NCBI GenBank assembly: GCA_963783375.1
Contig: CAWANH010000001.1
Coordinates: 160,001-224,000, forward strand
Direction of reading: 5' to 3'
DNA: 64,000 nucleotides
Source of the DNA: Candidatus Eiseniibacteriota bacterium
GTDB lineage: Bacteria > Eisenbacteria > RBG-16-71-46 > JABDJR01
Part shown: in pieces, positions 59,063 through 64,000 of the stretch
How positions within the stretch are numbered: position 1 is the stretch's first letter
Layout of the letters: each line of letters begins with the position of its first letter
Program-made: the position numbers and the translations under genes
Notes under the pieces: generated by a model
Told to the model about the DNA's origin: nothing
What the model saw: only the letters and a program-made list of their open reading frames with translations
Database searches by the model: none

Positions 59063-60472
59063 GTGGCGGAAGCGCGATCCTATGACGTGGTGATCATCGG
59101 GGCCGGCCCCGGCGGGTACGTGGCCGCGGTCCGGGCGGCCCAGCTCGGTCTCCGGACAGCGGTGGTCGAACGGGACAAGGCGCTGGGCGGCACCTGCCTC
59201 CTCCGGGGGTGCGTCCCCACCAAGTTCCTGCTCCAGGCCGCCTCGCTCTACGACGAGTTCAAGACCATGGACCGGTACGGCCTCCAGGGGTCCGGGATCA
59301 CCGTCCAGTGGCGGAAGACCCTGGAAGGGAAGACCAAGACGGTGCGGCGGCTCACCGCGGCGGTCAAGAGCCTCATGAAGAAGGGCGGAATCGAGGTCTT
59401 CGAGGGGCACGGCCGCCTCGACGGCGCCCACAAGGTGACGGTGGAAATGAACGCCGGGGGAACCGAGACGCTGGAGACCCGCTTCGTCCTCCTCGCCACC
59501 GGCTCCTATCCGAAGATGCTCCCCTTCCTCACCCGGGATGGGAAGCGTGTGATCACCTCGGACGAGGCGCTGGAGCTCCCCGAGATTCCGAAGTCGCTGG
59601 TGGTCATCGGATCCGGCGCGGTGGGGAGCGAGTTCGCCTCCATCTACAACTCCTTCGGGACGAAGGTCACGCTCCTGGAGGCGCTCCCCCGCCTGGTCCC
59701 CAACGAGGACGCCGACGTTTCGGCCGAGCTGGCCAAGGCCTTCAAGAAGCACGGCATCGACGCCCGGGCCGGGGTCAAGGTAACCGGCGCCGAGGTGGGT
59801 GAAGACCGGGTCGCGGTGAGCGTGGAGGGCGGCGACGGAAAGGCCGAGACGATCGAGGCGGAGGTGCTCCTGGTAGCGGTTGGGCGCGGCCCCATCTCCA
59901 AGGACGTGGGGCTGAATACGGTGAACGTCCAGCCCGACCCGGGGGGATTCGTCCCCGTGGACGGCTTCATGCGCACCTCCGAGCCCGGGATCTACGCCAT
60001 CGGAGACCTCGTTCCCACCCAGGGCCTGGCCCACCTTGCCTCCAAGGAAGGCATCCTCGCGGTGGAGCACATGGCCGGGCGCGAGGTGCGGCCGATCCGC
60101 TACGAGACCGTCCCCAACGCCATCTACTCCAACCCCGAGGTCGGCTCGGTCGGCCTGACCGAGGAGAAGGCCCGGGAGCTGGGCCATGACGTCAAGATCG
60201 GCAAGTTCCCCTTCACCCATTCGTCGAAGGCCATGATCGGAAACCACCAGGAGGGCTTCGCCAAGATCGTGGCCGACGCGCGTTACGACGAGGTCCTGGG
60301 CGTTCACGTCGTGGGCTACAAGGCCACCGAGCTCATCGCGGAAGCGGTGGTCGGCATGACCCTGGAGACCACGGTGGAGGAGCTGTTCCGGGCCATTCAC
60401 CCTCATCCCACCCTCTCCGAGGCGATCATGGAGGCGGCGGAGAACCTGCATGGCGAAAGCATCCACATCTGA
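59063..60472 (+). CDS. lpdA: dihydrolipoamide dehydrogenase (E3)
   Basis: IGAGPGGY, GGTCLLRGCVPTK, GSGAVG, HPHPTLSE. Confidence 0.96.
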   Translation: MAEARSYDVVIIGAGPGGYVAAVRAAQLGLRTAVVERDKALGGTCLLRGCVPTKFLLQAASLYDEFKTMDRYGLQGSGITVQWRKTLEGKTKTVRRLTAAVKSLMKKGGIEVFEGHGRLDGAHKVTVEMNAGGTETLETRFVLLATGSYPKMLPFLTRDGKRVITSDEALELPEIPKSLVVIGSGAVGSEFASIYNSFGTKVTLLEALPRLVPNEDADVSAELAKAFKKHGIDARAGVKVTGAEVGEDRVAVSVEGGDGKAETIEAEVLLVAVGRGPISKDVGLNTVNVQPDPGGFVPVDGFMRTSEPGIYAIGDLVPTQGLAHLASKEGILAVEHMAGREVRPIRYETVPNAIYSNPEVGSVGLTEEKARELGHDVKIGKFPFTHSSKAMIGNHQEGFAKIVADARYDEVLGVHVVGYKATELIAEAVVGMTLETTVEELFRAIHPHPTLSEAIMEAAENLHGESIHI

Positions 60473-61557
60473 GAAGGGCGATGGATCGCGCCGCCGGGGC
60501 CCCCGAAACCCCGCCCGCGGCCGGCGACCGTCGTCCGGCCTTTCCCGCGAGCGGCTCTTGGAGATCCATCGGTGGATGCTCCTCACCCGAAAGCTCGAAG
60601 AGCGCCTGGTGAACCTCTACCGCCAGAACAAGATCGTCGGAGGGCTCTACCGGAGCCTCGGACAGGAGGCGGAGACGGTGGGGGCGGTCGCGGCGCTCGA
60701 GCCCCAGGACTGGATCGGCCCGTTGATCCGGAACCTGGGCGCGGTGCTGGTGAAGGGCTACCGGCCGCGGGACGTCCTCATGCAGTACATGGCCCGCTCC
60801 GGCGGCCCTACCGGGGGCAAGGACCTCAACACCCACTTCGGCAACGGCGAGCGCGGGGTCGTCTCCCCCATCAGCATGCTCGGGGAAACCGTGCCGGTGA
60901 TGGCCGGGGTGGCCCTGGCCATGAAGCTCCGCAAGGAGGACCGCGTGGCGCTCACCTGGACCGGGGACGGCGGCACCTCCACCGGGGCCTTCTACGAGGG
61001 AATGAACCTGGCCGCGGTCTGGAAGCTCCCGCTCATCCTGGTGGCGGAGCACAACGGCTACGCCTACTCCACCCCCACCTCCCGCCAGATGGCGGTGAAG
61101 GACATCGCGGACAAGGCGTTGGGGCTGGGAATTCCCGGGGTCGCCGTGGACGGGAACGATCCCCTGATCGTCTTCGACGCGGTGCGCGAGGCTCGCGCGC
61201 GGGCGACGGCGGGGAAGGGACCGACCCTGATCGAGGTCAAGACCTACCGCCGGAAGGGCCACGCCGAGCACGACACCCAGAAGTACGTGCCCGAGGGCGA
61301 GGTGGAGCGGTGGGCGGAGGAAAACGATCCCCTGGACCGCTACGAGGCGATTCCTGAAGGAATCCGGTCACGCGAACGATGACGACCTGGCCCGCATCGC
61401 CGGCGAGCTCGCCTCCCTGATCGACGAGGAGGTCGAGGCGGCCATGGCCTCTCCCATGCCCGAGCCGGCGTTCGCCCTGGAGGCGGTCTACGCCGACCCG
61501 CCCCGCGCGGTGGATCATCTCGCCCCCTACCGGACCGGGAAGGGCGGGGACCGATGA
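60450..61557 (+). CDS. 2-oxoacid dehydrogenase E1 alpha; frameshift at about 61347, probably an assembly error
   Basis: GQEA, TPP motif GDGGTSTG...HN, VDGND, TYRRKGH; the shifted frame continues RFLKESG...AVYAD to TGA 61557 overlapping the E1 beta ATG. Confidence 0.88.
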
Positions 61558-62528
61558 GCGCGATCACCTACCTCGAGGCCATCCGCCAGGGCCTGTTCGA
61601 GGAGATGGAGCGGGACGAGCGGGTGCTCCTCCTCGGCGAGGACGTGGGCACCTACGGCGGGGCGTTCGGGGTCACCAGCGGTCTCAAGCAACGGTTCGGC
61701 GACGAGCGGGTGCTCGACACCACCCTCTCCGAGACCGGGTTCACCGGCGCGGCCTGCGGGGCGGCGCTCATGGGCTTCCGTCCGGTGGTGGAGTTCCAGT
61801 TCATCGACTTCATCTCCAGCGCCTTCGACGTCATCACCAACTTCGCGGCCACCGGGCGCTACCGCACCGGGATGTCTCTCCCCCTCGTGCTCCGCGGTCC
61901 CACCGGGGGCGGGGTCCACGCCGGCCCCTTCCACAGCCAGAATCCCGAGGCCTTCTTCTTCAACACCCCCGGGCTCAAGATCGTGGCCCCGGCCACCGCC
62001 TACGACGCCAAGGGGCTCCTGAAGGCGGCGATCCGGGACGAGGATCCGGTGATCTACCTGGAGCACAAGTACCTCTACCGGCGGGTGAAGGAAGAGCTCC
62101 CCACCGACGACTACGAGGTCCCGCTCGGGAAGGGCATCGTCCGCCGCGAGGGGACCGATCTCTCCATCATCACCTACGGCGGCATGCTACCCCGCTCCCT
62201 GGAGGCGGCCGACGCCCTGGCCGGGGAGGGAATCTCGGCCGAGGTGGTGGACCTCCGCTCTCTCCTCCCCTTCGACGAGGAGTTGATCCTGGCCTCGGTG
62301 CGGAAGACGTCCCGGGCCCTGATCGTTCACGAGGCGACCTTGACCGGCGGGGTGGGTGCGGAATTCGCCGCCCGCATCGCCGAAAAAGCCTTCGAATACC
62401 TCGACGCGCCGGTGACGCGGGTGGCGAGCCTCGACACCCCGGTCCCCCACAGCCCGCCGCTCGAGGGCTTCTTCATGCCCGACACCCCGATCATCACGAA
62501 CGCCGCCCGGAAGCTCGCGGCCTACTGA
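61554..62528 (+). CDS. 2-oxoacid dehydrogenase E1 beta (branched-chain-type likely)
   Basis: LGEDVG, DTTLSE, EFQFIDF, GGGVHAGPFHSQ, EHKYLY, DLRSL. Confidence 0.93.
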   Translation: MSAITYLEAIRQGLFEEMERDERVLLLGEDVGTYGGAFGVTSGLKQRFGDERVLDTTLSETGFTGAACGAALMGFRPVVEFQFIDFISSAFDVITNFAATGRYRTGMSLPLVLRGPTGGGVHAGPFHSQNPEAFFFNTPGLKIVAPATAYDAKGLLKAAIRDEDPVIYLEHKYLYRRVKEELPTDDYEVPLGKGIVRREGTDLSIITYGGMLPRSLEAADALAGEGISAEVVDLRSLLPFDEELILASVRKTSRALIVHEATLTGGVGAEFAARIAEKAFEYLDAPVTRVASLDTPVPHSPPLEGFFMPDTPIITNAARKLAAY

Positions 62529-62542
62529 CGGAGGCAACTACC

Positions 62543-64000
62543 ATGGCTCAAGACATCATCATGCCCCAGATGGGCGAATCCCTGGCCGAGGGAACCATCA
62601 CCAAGTGGCTCAAGAAGGTCGGCGACACCGTGGAGCGGGACGAACCCCTGTTCGAGATCTCCACCGACAAGGTGGACGCCGAGATCCCCGCCCCCGCCGC
62701 GGGCACCCTGACCGAGATCCTCCACCAGGAGGGGGAGACGGTGGACGTGAACACGGTGGTGGGGCGGATCGGGGCCCAGGGCGAGGCCCCGGCCGGGGGC
62801 GGCGCCCCGGCGGCGGCCCCGGAGCCCGCCTCCTTCGAGGCCTCGGGAGAGACGCGCACCGAGGCGCCGGAGAAGCCCGCCCCCGAGCCGGAGCCGGCGA
62901 AGACGCCCCCCCCCCGGCGACCGGGCCCGAGGCTCCCGTCGCCGGCGAAGAGCAGCCGGTGGCCGCGGAGCGAGGCGGGGCGAAGGAGACGGAGACGCCC
63001 CGGGGCGACGGGAACGGGGTCGGAGCCGAGGTGGAGAAACCCTACGACCGGTACTCGGCCGACGAGCTTCGGCGGGTCCGTTCCTCCCCGGTGGTGCGGA
63101 AGATCGCCGAGGAGCACGGGGTCGACATCTCCCGGGTGGAGGGAACCGGGATCTCGGGACGGGTGACCAAGAAGGACATCCTGGACCACCTGGAGAGCGG
63201 CGCGGCCGAGGCGCCGGCCGCCAAAGCGGTCCCCCGGCGCGAGGCCGGACCGGGCGGGGCGGCGCCGGCGCCGGCTCCCCCCTCCCCTGCGCCGGGCGGA
63301 GCCCCCGCCGGGGACGGCCTCCATCTCCCCGATCTCCACATCCCGCCCTACGTGGAGGGGGAACCGGTTCAGATCGAGCCGATGTCGGTGATGCGGAAGA
63401 AGATCGCCGACCACATGGTCTACTCCCAGTCGGTGGCCGCCCACGTGACATCGTTCTTCGACGTGGATTTCGAGGCGGTGGCCCGCCAGCGGAAGGAGCT
63501 CAAGGCGGGGTTCGCCGAAAAGGGAGTGAACCTCACCTATCTCCCCTTCGTCATCCGCGCGGTGGTGGATGGGCTCCAGCACTTCCCCTACGTGAACGCG
63601 TCGGTGATGGGGGACAAGATCGTCCTCAAGCACGAGATCAACGTCGGGATCGCGGTGGCGCTGGAGGGCGGGAAGGGTCTCATCGTTCCGGTGATCCGAA
63701 ACGCCGACGAGCGGAACCTCCTCGGCCTGGCCCGGGCGGTAAACGATCTCGGGGAGCGCGCCCGCACCAAGAAGCTCTCCCCCGACGAGGTCCAGCGGGG
63801 CACCTTCTCCATCACCAACCCCGGGGTCTACGGGGGTCTCGGCGGAACCCCGATCATCAACCAACCCCAGGTGGCGATCCTGGGGGTGGGGGCGATCGAA
63901 AAGCGCCCGGTGGTGATCGACGACGCCATCGCCATCCGTCACCGGTGCTATCTCTCCCTCTCCTACGACCACCGGCTGGTGGACGGGGCGATGGCCGAGA
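62543..64000 (+). CDS. dihydrolipoamide acyltransferase (E2); runs off the window; frameshift in the C10 run at 62906-62915
   Basis: Lipoyl domain EISTDKVD; after the shift SSPVVRKIA, GTGISGRVTKKD, GTFSITNPG, PIINQPQVAILG, LSYDHRLVDG. Confidence 0.92.

Noticed and set aside
62906-62915. Programmed frameshift or phase variation at the C10 run, giving a free lipoyl domain
   Set aside because: Similar single-base errors in hemL and E1 alpha make a homopolymer assembly error much more likely.
120-63972. Many long overlapping or antisense ORFs (for example 120..752, 837..2474, 11850..13865, 15435..18452, 33215..35158, 50515..53532, 62548..63972)
   Set aside because: Stop-poor shadow frames expected at high GC; no motifs, and each overlaps a well-supported gene.

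Overview
A very GC-rich (roughly 70% by eye), gene-dense bacterial chromosomal window from a diderm organism; no CRISPR array, rRNA, tRNA or mobile element is recognisable. Housekeeping content: PBP1A, a heme cluster (hemE-hemN-hemY-pdp-ccsA/hemX-hemA-hemC-hemD-hemB-hemL), cdd, mazG, fluC, rsgA, selD, an OPT transporter, tal, alr and an lpdA-E1a-E1b-E2 2-oxoacid dehydrogenase operon. Reading the DNA directly adds features the ORF track splits or hides. (1) Two in-frame UGA selenoproteins with candidate SECIS hairpins: SelD, and a DCC/DUF393-type oxidoreductase with DxxUxxC preceded by a leaderless 16-codon uORF. (2) A lipoprotein CHAT (caspase-like) protease divergent from an ECF sigma factor and a ZAS-TM-TPR anti-sigma, a candidate protease-gated sigma system. 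(3) selD next to a JAB peptidase and a Ubl-E1-rhodanese fusion. (4) An uncharacterised four-gene DUF6754-type membrane operon with apparent A-B-A'-B' paralogy. (5) A solute-binding-protein/kinase/NtrC system whose sigma54 promoter and tandem enhancer sites are readable in the DNA. (6) An FG-GAP-repeat sensor kinase paired with a degenerate enhancer-binding regulator. (7) A secreted TPP II-like subtilase. Three single-base frameshifts (hemL, E1a, E2) look like assembly errors. All family calls come from motif recognition by eye; no database searches were run.
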